A stretch of 16,663 nucleotides of DNA from a plasmid, in sequence record NZ_CP079207.1. One strand, 5' to 3'. Numbering within the stretch: position 1 is the stretch's first letter; every line of letters starts with the position of its first letter. Under the pieces are notes generated by a model. That model was not told where the DNA came from, ran no database searches, and was given only the letters and a program-made list of their open reading frames with translations. The position numbers were made by a program, and so were the translations under genes. This document shows positions 1-6,792 of the stretch, in pieces.

Positions 1-30
1 GTGTGTCAGTCAAGAAAGGGAGTTTTTATT

Positions 31-1143
31 ATGACAAAATCAACAAATTTCAATTACTATGAAGCCGATAACGTATATGGAGCCTTATTTTTCCAGTTTC
101 CTAAGGTATTAATGTATGGCGAGCAATATAAACATTTAAGCAGTGATGCTAAATTGGCTTATATGGTACTGAAAGACCGGCTCGAGTATTCTTTACGCAA
201 CAACTGGGTTGATGAGCAAGGGCACGTCTACTTTATTTTTACCGTTAAAGAATTACAAGATTTATTTAACTGCGCTACTGAAAAAGCCGTTAAAATCAAA
301 AAAGAATTGCAAACAGCCAATCTATTAAAACAAATTCAAATGGGATTTAATCCTAAAACTAAAAAGAATGAACCAAATCGTCTATACCTTTCTAAACTCG
401 ATGTGAAAGCTACTGATGTCTATTTAAGGGGCGAATATGGGCAAAAAAAGCCGGAATCCCTTACTACGAGCGGAATTTCGAAAATCGAAAGTCCGCATGA
501 CTTCGTTGAATCCCTTGCTACGAGCGGAATTTCGAAAATCGAAAGTCCGCATGACTTCGTTGACGACAACCCTCAAACCCTTGCTACGAGCGGAATTTCG
601 AAAATCGAAAGCAATCTATATAAAGACTATAAAAATAATATAGATACTAATAGATACGATATAGATACTCAAAAGTTGGACTTTTCCACAACTAATTTTT
701 CACCAGCTGAAATTGAAGCCCAAAATCGAGATCTAGTAAAACATGCTGATGAGTTCTTAACTGACGAAGATAATGGGTTGCCGGTCTTCTTAGAACCAGA
801 AGCAGTTCAACTACTTAGCTTTTGGTGCCGTACCCCACAACAAATGCGGCGCTTTATTGGCATTATCTTAAACGCCAAATATGCTGTTGAAAAAGAGCAT
901 AAGGATTTAGGCGTATGGATTCTATTAGACGATCCTGATTTAAAAAAAATGATGACCAAAACATTAAGACGCTATTTTAATGCTCTAAGAAGCGACGAGA
1001 AGCATATCAAGAATGTTGAGAACTACCTGTACGGCACCATGCAAAACCTATTTGGTGTTTGGTGGAACCGACAAGCAGCTAGAGAATATGCGGCCAAACA
1101 CCCCGAAGAACAGAATCTTGATGGCGAGCGCGCTTGGGACTAA
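31..1143 (+). CDS. repA: RepA_N-family plasmid replication initiator (theta type). Start chosen at ATG 31, preceded by AAGGGAG.
   Basis: The N-terminal region (FPKVLMYGEQYKHLSSDAKLAYMVLKDRLEYSLRNNWVDEQGHVYF) matches the RepA_N N-terminal domain pattern of Firmicutes plasmids. The central region holds tandem peptide repeats (SLTTSGISKIESPHDFV x3) encoded by DNA iterons. The C-terminal half is variable. Confidence 0.75.
   Translation: MTKSTNFNYYEADNVYGALFFQFPKVLMYGEQYKHLSSDAKLAYMVLKDRLEYSLRNNWVDEQGHVYFIFTVKELQDLFNCATEKAVKIKKELQTANLLKQIQMGFNPKTKKNEPNRLYLSKLDVKATDVYLRGEYGQKKPESLTTSGISKIESPHDFVESLATSGISKIESPHDFVDDNPQTLATSGISKIESNLYKDYKNNIDTNRYDIDTQKLDFSTTNFSPAEIEAQNRDLVKHADEFLTDEDNGLPVFLEPEAVQLLSFWCRTPQQMRRFIGIILNAKYAVEKEHKDLGVWILLDDPDLKKMMTKTLRRYFNALRSDEKHIKNVENYLYGTMQNLFGVWWNRQAAREYAAKHPEEQNLDGERAWD
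458..613. repeat. Three tandem direct repeats (units starting near 458, 512 and 578; 54-bp period, with 12 extra bp before the third copy) inside repA. Each unit carries an internal TTCGAAAATCGAAAG sub-repeat. Candidate iterons of an intragenic oriV.
   Basis: The repeat CCCTTGCTACGAGCGGAATTTCGAAAATCGAAAGTCCGCATGACTTCGTTGA occurs 2.5-3 times, read directly from the sequence. RepA_N plasmids place their origin inside the rep coding region. Confidence 0.7.
614..700. repeat. AT-rich tract with short ATAGATAC direct repeats, immediately 3' of the iterons. Candidate DNA-unwinding element of the origin.
   Basis: AATCTATATAAAGACTATAAAAATAATATAGATACTAATAGATACGATATAGATACTC seen in sequence. It still lies within the repA reading frame. 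Confidence 0.4.
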
Positions 1144-1292
1144 AACGCCATATAAGCCCATTTAAGCCACTTCAAGTGTTACGCATATATTTTACTAAAG
1201 CCACTTTAAAATCGCTTAGAAGTAAAAACAGATACCTTGAGTGGGCGAATTGGCGATAGCTAAACTAGAAAAATGGGATAGGCGCTTTTTAA

Positions 1293-1490
1293 ATGACCAA
1301 ACCAAGCAAAGAAGTTGAAAAAAATTGAGCAATTGTTGGCTGACCCATGGGCAGTCGATATTCAAGACATTTGGGAGCAAGCAGCCCAAAATCGAGATCC
1401 TGATAAATGCAAGCTGTTTGACGCGTTATACACTTACCTCTTAGATAAACGCCAAGAACAAATCATCAATGAAAAGCACTTTTTGATTTA
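1293..1490 (+). pseudogene. Small ORF interrupted at an A7 homopolymer (1318-1324). ATG 1293 gives MTKPSKEVEKN-stop. Removing one A yields a clean 65-aa ORF (MTKPSKEVEKIEQLLADPWAVDIQDIWEQAAQNRDPDKCKLFDALYTYLLDKRQEQIINEKHFLI) ending at 1490.
   Basis: Manual translation. The downstream frame stays open for 55 codons but has no start codon of its own. A homopolymer is the only lesion. Confidence 0.4.
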
Positions 1491-1541
1491 ACATAGACAG
1501 TTCAAATAATCAATGATTGAAATAAAAAGGAGGCACAAAAT

Positions 1542-2258
1542 ATGGCTAAGACACGAACATATATGGACAAGTATAGATTCACAACTGCGGAAAACCAACG
1601 GTTTGCCCGAGCAAATTTTACCAAGTTAGTGCATACTAATGCTCGCTTTGAAGGCGTTAATACCACATTGCCACAAACACAAACTATTATGGACGGTATG
1701 AGCGTAGCAGGAGTACCTGTTGAAGATGTTTTGACGATTGTTAATTTAAAGCGTGGGTGGCAATATATCACTACTCAAAATTCCCCTTTAACGTTAACCA
1801 TGGAAAAACAAATCAACAAAATTGTGGCAGCAGAAGACGCCTTAGTACCAGGAGAATTACGGCAAGGGAAAGGGGGAGTTAATTTAGGTAGTGAAGACTT
1901 TTTTGAGCCGCCTTTAATTAACGAAAAACAGGAACAATCCTTTTTACAAAAAATCTTAACTGATCCACGAACGACGATTACTGATAAAGCATTGACTGTC
2001 ATGTATCATAATATGCGTCAACAAATCTTTTGGGACGGAAACAAAAGGACGGCAACTTTAAGTGCCAATAAAATTATGATTGACGGTGGCGCTGGTTTAA
2101 TTAATATCCCATTAGATAAGTGGGATCAATGGAACGAACTAATTGCCAATTATTATCGGACTAATGACATGACTGAAGTTAAAAAGTGGACATATGATAA
2201 TGGTATCCAAGGATTACAAATTCGAGCAAACAAAAAATTAAGTGTTAATCACAAGTAG
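1542..2258 (+). CDS. Doc/Fic-fold protein with a Doc-type motif variant. IFWDGNKRTATLSA aligns with the P1 Doc motif HIFNDANKRTALNSA, but the catalytic His position is Gln (QQIF).
   Basis: Strong RBS AAGGAGG 9 nt upstream of ATG 1542. Motif-level match to the Doc subgroup of Fic proteins (HxFx[DN][AG]NKR). No further domain is recognisable by eye. Confidence 0.45.
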   Translation: MAKTRTYMDKYRFTTAENQRFARANFTKLVHTNARFEGVNTTLPQTQTIMDGMSVAGVPVEDVLTIVNLKRGWQYITTQNSPLTLTMEKQINKIVAAEDALVPGELRQGKGGVNLGSEDFFEPPLINEKQEQSFLQKILTDPRTTITDKALTVMYHNMRQQIFWDGNKRTATLSANKIMIDGGAGLINIPLDKWDQWNELIANYYRTNDMTEVKKWTYDNGIQGLQIRANKKLSVNHK

Positions 2259-2333
2259 TAAATTATGTATTTAATATATCTAAATATGCCTATTAATGAT
2301 ATAATTGACCGCAAAGAAAGCAGGTCTATTTTT

Positions 2334-2999
2334 ATGTCAAGAATTTATAAAGTTGGCGAAGCTGCTAAGCTTCTCGGTGTATCTCGCTCTACCATGCAAA
2401 GATGGGATCGAGAAAAAAGACTAGTTGCTCAGCGCAATGTTGCCAATCGCAGATACTATACGCAAGAGCGGCTGGATGCTTTTAGGGGCATTAAGCCTCA
2501 CCGCAAGACAGTTGCTTATGCCCGTGTTTCTTCTGTAGGTCAGAAAGAAAATCTTAGGCATCAGATGGCTTTCATCATTGAATATGCCAATGCTAGAGGC
2601 ATCATTATTGATGAACATGTAGAAGATATTGGATCAGGGCTTAATTATAACCGCAAAAAATGGAATAAATTATTGGATGAAGTAGAAGCAGGAAAAATAG
2701 AACGAATCTTTGTTACCTATAAAGATCGTTTTGCCCGCTTTGGCTTTGATTGGTTTGAACATTTTTGTGCTAAGCACGATACTAAAATTATTGTTTTAAA
2801 CAACCCTGAAACCTCTCCAGATGAGGAAATGGTTGAAGACTTAATTTCAGTAATTCATGTGTTTTCATGTCGGCTTTATGGGTTGAGACGGTACGGCAGG
2901 AAGATTAGGCGGGATTTAAAGAAGGAAGGTGAAAAGAGTGATCATCAAAACCAGAACATATCGATTAAAACCCAATCAAAGGATGAAGAAGGTTCTTGA
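2334..2999 (+). CDS. tnpA: IS607-family TnpA: a serine recombinase with an N-terminal MerR-like HTH.
   Basis: HTH YKVGEAAKLLGVSRSTMQRWDREKRL. Catalytic-Ser motif AYARVSSVGQ. About 220 aa from ATG 2334. Overlaps the start of tnpB. Confidence 0.8.
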   Translation: MSRIYKVGEAAKLLGVSRSTMQRWDREKRLVAQRNVANRRYYTQERLDAFRGIKPHRKTVAYARVSSVGQKENLRHQMAFIIEYANARGIIIDEHVEDIGSGLNYNRKKWNKLLDEVEAGKIERIFVTYKDRFARFGFDWFEHFCAKHDTKIIVLNNPETSPDEEMVEDLISVIHVFSCRLYGLRRYGRKIRRDLKKEGEKSDHQNQNISIKTQSKDEEGS

Positions 3000-4215
3000 T
3001 TCGCTTTGTGATTACAGACGCTTCAGCTGGAATCTCGGTTTAGAAACCTGGCAAAATATGCATGAAGCCAGACAATTGGCTTTAACCCAGCATCTTAAAG
3101 CAGAACTTAAAAAGCCTAGAAAAAAACAAAAGCTTACAAACGCTGAAAGAGAAATTCTCGCAAACAATCCTGTCCCTTCCTGGCGCAGAATTCGTGATGA
3201 GCTGACTGAAAACAAGCAATACTGGCAGACAAAGCTTCCAGCTCATGTCTTTAATTTGGCGATCCAAGACTTAGGCAATGCTTGGCAGAATTTTTTTGAT
3301 AAAGCGCAGCCAGGCTGGGGAAAGCCAAAATTCAAGTCTAAAAAAGCACCTAGGCAGGGATTTAAAATGGATCAGGCCAAAATTAAGGATGGCTGCTTAT
3401 TTTTAGAAAAGCCTAGGGCTGTCAAAGAAACATGGAACGGCTTTAAATTAAGCTCTGCTCCATTGTCGGATGATTTCGGAACAATCAGCTTTTACAAAGA
3501 AAAAAACAGATACTATGCATCCATTCCTTTTAAAATATCTGATCCAGAAGACAAGCCTAAGACAGGCAGATATACAGGCGTGGATATCAATGTTGGACAT
3601 TTCAATTACAGAGACGGTCAATGCATAGTAATGCCCAAATCGTTAGCAGCAGTCTATTGCAAAATCAAGCATTATCAAAGACAGCTGTCTAAAAAGCGTG
3701 TCGTCAATGGTAAAATCAAAGGAATGCAAAGCAAGCGCTACATGAAAGCGAGAAACAAGCTTCAAGCAGCTTACGCTCGTGCTAAAAATATTCAAAATGA
3801 TTTGATGCAGAAATTTACCACAAAGCTGGTTAGCGAATATGATTCTATTGTGATTGAAGACCTAAGCGTTAAAGGAATGCTTATGAGTCATGTTGCCTCC
3901 AAAGGAATGCACAGGTCAATGTTTGGCAGATTTAGACAGATATTGACTTATAAATGCGAATGGTATGGCAAGAAATTGATCGTAGCCAATAAACTGTACC
4001 CTTCAACTCAAAGGTGCGCAGCCTGCGGATTAGTGAAAAAAGGCGATGAAAAAATCACTTTAAGAGGCAATAAGAAGCATGGCACCAAGCATAATGAATT
4101 TGTTTGTTATAATCCGAACTGCCGTAACTATAATAAAAAAGTTGACCGTGACGAAAACGCCATGCTCAACTTAATAATTCTGGTAAAACATCCAGAATTA
4201 AATAAAGCCTTATAA
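2929..4215 (+). CDS. tnpB: TnpB (OrfB, IS605/IS607 accessory protein; RuvC-like RNA-guided nuclease family).
   Basis: N-terminal IKTRTYRLKPNQ. RuvC-I GVDINVGHFN, RuvC-II IVIEDLSVKGM, and RuvC-III DRDENAMLN. Zn finger CAACG...CYNPNC. The start is GTG 2929 or 2938, with GGAAGGTG as RBS. Confidence 0.85.
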   Translation: MKRVIIKTRTYRLKPNQRMKKVLDSLCDYRRFSWNLGLETWQNMHEARQLALTQHLKAELKKPRKKQKLTNAEREILANNPVPSWRRIRDELTENKQYWQTKLPAHVFNLAIQDLGNAWQNFFDKAQPGWGKPKFKSKKAPRQGFKMDQAKIKDGCLFLEKPRAVKETWNGFKLSSAPLSDDFGTISFYKEKNRYYASIPFKISDPEDKPKTGRYTGVDINVGHFNYRDGQCIVMPKSLAAVYCKIKHYQRQLSKKRVVNGKIKGMQSKRYMKARNKLQAAYARAKNIQNDLMQKFTTKLVSEYDSIVIEDLSVKGMLMSHVASKGMHRSMFGRFRQILTYKCEWYGKKLIVANKLYPSTQRCAACGLVKKGDEKITLRGNKKHGTKHNEFVCYNPNCRNYNKKVDRDENAMLNLIILVKHPELNKAL

Positions 4216-4459
4216 AAAGAATGCGGGCGAAGCTACGTCCGAAAAAGAAGTCAAAAGAGTCGGTCAATGCGATTACTCCCAAGTTGGAATATCGGAAAAC
4301 TGATGAAGACGTTGATAAGAAAAGCATAGGCATGTTAAGCCATAATGACTACAAATAAATACAATGTAGTTGTTTGCATATGTTTTTCATAGCTGCTAAT
4401 GAATTGAACCAGATGTACAAGCAACTAAAAAAACGGATAAATTAGAACTTAAATTAGTT

Positions 4460-5622
4460 CCTGAATTGTCAATTTAAGTGCAACAGTTAGGTTATGAAGA
4501 GATATATTGCTTGAAGAGTTCTTCTGCTGTGTGATATTGGAGGATTCGGCGATGTTTGTGGTTAATGGCATTAGTTGCCTGTTGAACATATGCAGCTGTC
4601 TTATCGTTCATGCTTTTGCCTTTAGGGAAGAATTGACGCAGAAGACCGTTGCAGTTTTCATTTGTGCCTCTTTCCCAAGGTGAATATGGATGAGCGAAGT
4701 AGATCTGACAGTTTTTAATTTTAGTCATATCTGCAAACTCAGAACCATTATCAAAAGTAATAGTCTTGAACCAATCTGGATGCTGGTCTATTTCTTTTTG
4801 AAGCAGTCTTTGACAAGTACTTGCTCGATAATCTGGTATTTTGATGACAATTTCAAAACGAGTAGTTCTTTCTGTCAGAGTCATCAAAGCAGGCTGATTT
4901 TTACGTCTAACGCCTTTAACCCAATCTCCTTCCCAGTGAAGAGGAGTTGCTCTGTCTTCAACTTCTTTAGGACGCTGCTCAATTGAATTGCCAAGATTCT
5001 TTTTATGCAAAGCATGCCCACCATGACTATGATGCCGTTTGTTTCTGCGTCTTTTAAGCTTCATTGGCAGATCAATATTGCTTATATCTAGCAAACCGCG
5101 ATCAATATAGCGATAAACGGTAGGCGTGCTGGGGCAAGGATAGCCTGGCATCGTCTGCTTGAACTCACCCACAAACTCATCAATGCTGGTAGCATCAAAT
5201 TTAGTTTTAAACCGCTTAGACAGCATTTTCAGAAAAACAGCATAATGCTTTAACTGATCACGCTTATAGCAGTTCTTGCGTCGCTTATCATGATAGATCT
5301 GCGCAGTATCGGCATAGTAATGCTCATAGAGCAGATAGTTATGATCTCTTTGCAGGACGCTGCCACGTCTGATTTCACGGCTAATTGTCGATTTGTGACA
5401 GCCAACTTCTCGAGCAATAGCGGAACAGGAGGTTATGCCTAAATCAAGCAGAGCTTGTATTTGTCCTCGTTGTACACTATTTAATTGATGATAATGTCTA
5501 GAGATGCTAGAATTTGAATTGGTCATGAAGATTCACCTTCCTTGATTTTTCGTCACTTCAAGTTTAGGTCTTCATGGCCTTTTTGTTTAACACTTAGCGT
5601 TGCACTTCAATTTTAAATCCGG
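4460..5622 (-). mobile_element. IS30-family insertion sequence, about 1.16 kb, with imperfect 26-bp terminal IRs.
   Basis: The left end ATTGTCAATTTAAGTGCAACAGTTAG aligns with the reverse complement of the right end ATTTAAAATTGAAGTGCAACGCTAAG. A 1035-bp transposase gene lies between them. The left boundary is confirmed by the independent copy at 11683. Confidence 0.75.
4492..5526 (-). CDS. IS30-family DDE transposase.
   Basis: 344 aa with an N-terminal HTH (VQRGQIQALLDLGITSCSAIAREVGCHKSTISREIRRG). DDE region with HWEGDWV, FDNGSEF and ERGTNEN motifs typical of IS30. Confidence 0.9.
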   Translation of the reverse strand: MTNSNSSISRHYHQLNSVQRGQIQALLDLGITSCSAIAREVGCHKSTISREIRRGSVLQRDHNYLLYEHYYADTAQIYHDKRRKNCYKRDQLKHYAVFLKMLSKRFKTKFDATSIDEFVGEFKQTMPGYPCPSTPTVYRYIDRGLLDISNIDLPMKLKRRRNKRHHSHGGHALHKKNLGNSIEQRPKEVEDRATPLHWEGDWVKGVRRKNQPALMTLTERTTRFEIVIKIPDYRASTCQRLLQKEIDQHPDWFKTITFDNGSEFADMTKIKNCQIYFAHPYSPWERGTNENCNGLLRQFFPKGKSMNDKTAAYVQQATNAINHKHRRILQYHTAEELFKQYISS

Positions 5623-5851
5623 GACTTACCATTTCTGTTAGAATTGCAACTTGTTCTTTGGTAAATCGCTGTTGTTTTCTAATATCACTTAAATCTTTTG
5701 TCCACTTAGAATTTTTTTCATTTTCTTCTGCTAACTTCATAAGATGATGAATTACTTCAGCATTATTTTTTAAATCGTGTTCCTCTTTATAATCTTGAAT
5801 CCAATCTAAATCTGTATCAGAAATTGTCGCTCTAAAAGTTGTCTTAATCAT
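5594..5851 (-). CDS. Small RHH-like protein (paralog C). Its last 11 codons are encoded by the IS30 right end, so the native C-terminus is lost.
   Basis: RBS AAGAGGA. Beta-strand/helix pattern TTFRATISDTDLDWIQDYKEEHDLKNNAEVIHHL, paralogous to 5866-6093. The tail VSPGFKIEVQR-stop derives from the IS30 IR. Confidence 0.5.
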   Translation of the reverse strand: MIKTTFRATISDTDLDWIQDYKEEHDLKNNAEVIHHLMKLAEENEKNSKWTKDLSDIRKQQRFTKEQVAILTEMVSPGFKIEVQR

Positions 5852-5865
5852 TTTTTCTGGTCCTC

Positions 5866-6093
5866 TTAATCAGCGTAAGTTTCTTGTCTTTTTTTCAAAG
5901 CATTATCAATCTTTTGATTAATTTTTTGTAACTCTTCCAGTTCTTTTTCTTTTTGAACACCTAACATGGCATTGAAGAATAAGAACTTATAAAGTTGACC
6001 ATTATTATCAAAGCAATGTTCTTTTCTAATCTGCCTAATTTCTTCCCATTGCTTATCGTTGAGTCGAAATTGCAAAAAGTGCTGTCGTCCCAT
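5866..6093 (-). CDS. Small RHH-like DNA-binding protein (paralog B).
   Basis: RBS AAGAGGG. HFLQFRLNDKQWEEIRQIRKEHCFDNNGQLYKFL aligns with paralog C (F.R.-.[NS]D...[WL]..I....[KE]EH...NN..[LV]...L). Confidence 0.5.
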   Translation of the reverse strand: MGRQHFLQFRLNDKQWEEIRQIRKEHCFDNNGQLYKFLFFNAMLGVQKEKELEELQKINQKIDNALKKRQETYAD

Positions 6094-6113
6094 TTCTTGC
6101 CCTCTTTCTAAAT

Positions 6114-6446
6114 TTAATCATCTTCTTTTGCCGTGTCTTCTGACAAACTATCTAACAAATTTAATGCTCGTTCGGTGTCATTAACATCTCCACTAATGAA
6201 ATACTTTGCAAGAACATTCAGCCCTAATAAATTTTCCTGCAGAAGTTTATTCTGCTTCTGAATCAATAAACTAGTTTGCGAATCTTCATTTTGATTTTGA
6301 AAATTAATTGGAATTTGTTCAATTTGTTCTCTCAAAAATTGATTTCTGGAAATTTTCTTACTTGAATTTTGATTTAATTGATTAACAATCCGATCAATTC
6401 TAGCCAAGTTTTGTTCGCTGATTCCACGGATTAAAACTTTTACCAT
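6114..6446 (-). CDS. Small RHH-like protein (paralog A, more divergent, with a Q/N-rich middle).
   Basis: RBS AGAGGAAAG. N-terminal KVLIRGISEQNLARIDRIVNQL has a beta-strand plus helix pattern. First gene of a three-gene minus-strand operon. Confidence 0.4.
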   Translation of the reverse strand: MVKVLIRGISEQNLARIDRIVNQLNQNSSKKISRNQFLREQIEQIPINFQNQNEDSQTSLLIQKQNKLLQENLLGLNVLAKYFISGDVNDTERALNLLDSLSEDTAKEDD

Positions 6447-6459
6447 AATTTTTCTTTCC

Positions 6460-6500
6460 TCTGATTTCTAGTTTCTAGTTTTCCTTCTAGTTTCTACTCT
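6460..6500. promoter_or_regulatory. Three to four direct repeats of TCTAGTT(T) in the leader/promoter of the RHH operon. Candidate operator.
   Basis: GATTTCTAGTTTCTAGTTTTCCTTCTAGTTTCTAC lies immediately upstream (on the minus strand) of the RBS of 6114-6446. Confidence 0.35.
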
Positions 6501-6621
6501 GAAATTTGACTAAAATCTGCTTCTTTTAGTTATCTCTAGTAAAGAGCATAAGGGAAATCTGACCCCACGCCTTTTATCAAGGTGTGCTGGGCTTGGTTGT
6601 ACCAAGCGATTTCGCATTTTT

Positions 6622-6770
6622 AGAAGTGATATCACTTCTGATTAATTTGACGTCTATATACTTCTAAATTGTTCGTCTTTTACCTGACATTACGTCTTGA
6701 TACGTAATGTTTTTTTGTAATATCCGAACAGGACGTATTCTTACGTAGCTCATTACGTCCAAGACGTAAC
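6622..6770. promoter_or_regulatory. Cluster of palindromes and ACGT-core half-sites. Candidate operator, oriT or sso.
   Basis: Perfect 18-bp palindrome AGAAGTGATATCACTTCT (6622-6639). GACGTC. Perfect IR CATTACGTcttgatACGTAATG (6688-6709). A second unit CATTACGTCcaagACGTAAC (6752-6770), plus GACGTATTCTTACGTAGC. Confidence 0.35.
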
Positions 6771-6792
6771 ATTTTTTGCTCTATTTTTGAGT

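Larger units (their letters stand above)
2262..4300 (+). mobile_element. IS607-family insertion sequence (tnpA serine recombinase plus tnpB). The ends are approximate because this family lacks terminal inverted repeats.
   Basis: Overlapping tnpA/tnpB gene pair typical of IS607. Starts directly after the stop of the Doc-like gene. The right end is placed upstream of the IS30 left IR. Confidence 0.45.

Noticed and set aside
1-30. GTG at position 1 as the repA start (MCQSRKGVFIM...)
   Set aside because: The ATG at 31 is preceded by AAGGGAG at proper spacing and gives the canonical RepA_N N-terminus. The GTG is an artefact of the window edge.
437-643. 68-aa ORF in the +2 frame (MGKKSRNPLLRAEFRKSK... 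repeated)
   Set aside because: It lies entirely within the repA iteron region. Its repetitive peptide is just the DNA repeats read in another frame, and it has no independent RBS.
1502-2002. Minus-strand ORFs of 89 and 75 aa overlapping the Doc-like gene
   Set aside because: They are embedded antisense in a well-supported plus-strand CDS, with no RBS and low-complexity translations.
2265-2333. N-terminal extension of tnpA from ATG 2265 (MYLIYLNMPINDIIDRKESRSIF)
   Set aside because: IS607 TnpA proteins begin at the MerR-like HTH. The extension is AT-rich and probably the IS left-end/promoter region. The start at 2334 is preferred.
2421-3267. Minus-strand ORFs of 65, 67 and 61 aa within tnpA/tnpB
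   Set aside because: Antisense to the IS607 genes, with no translation signals.
4690-4986. 98-aa plus-strand ORF inside the IS30 element
   Set aside because: It is antisense to the IS30 transposase gene with no RBS, a typical shadow ORF.
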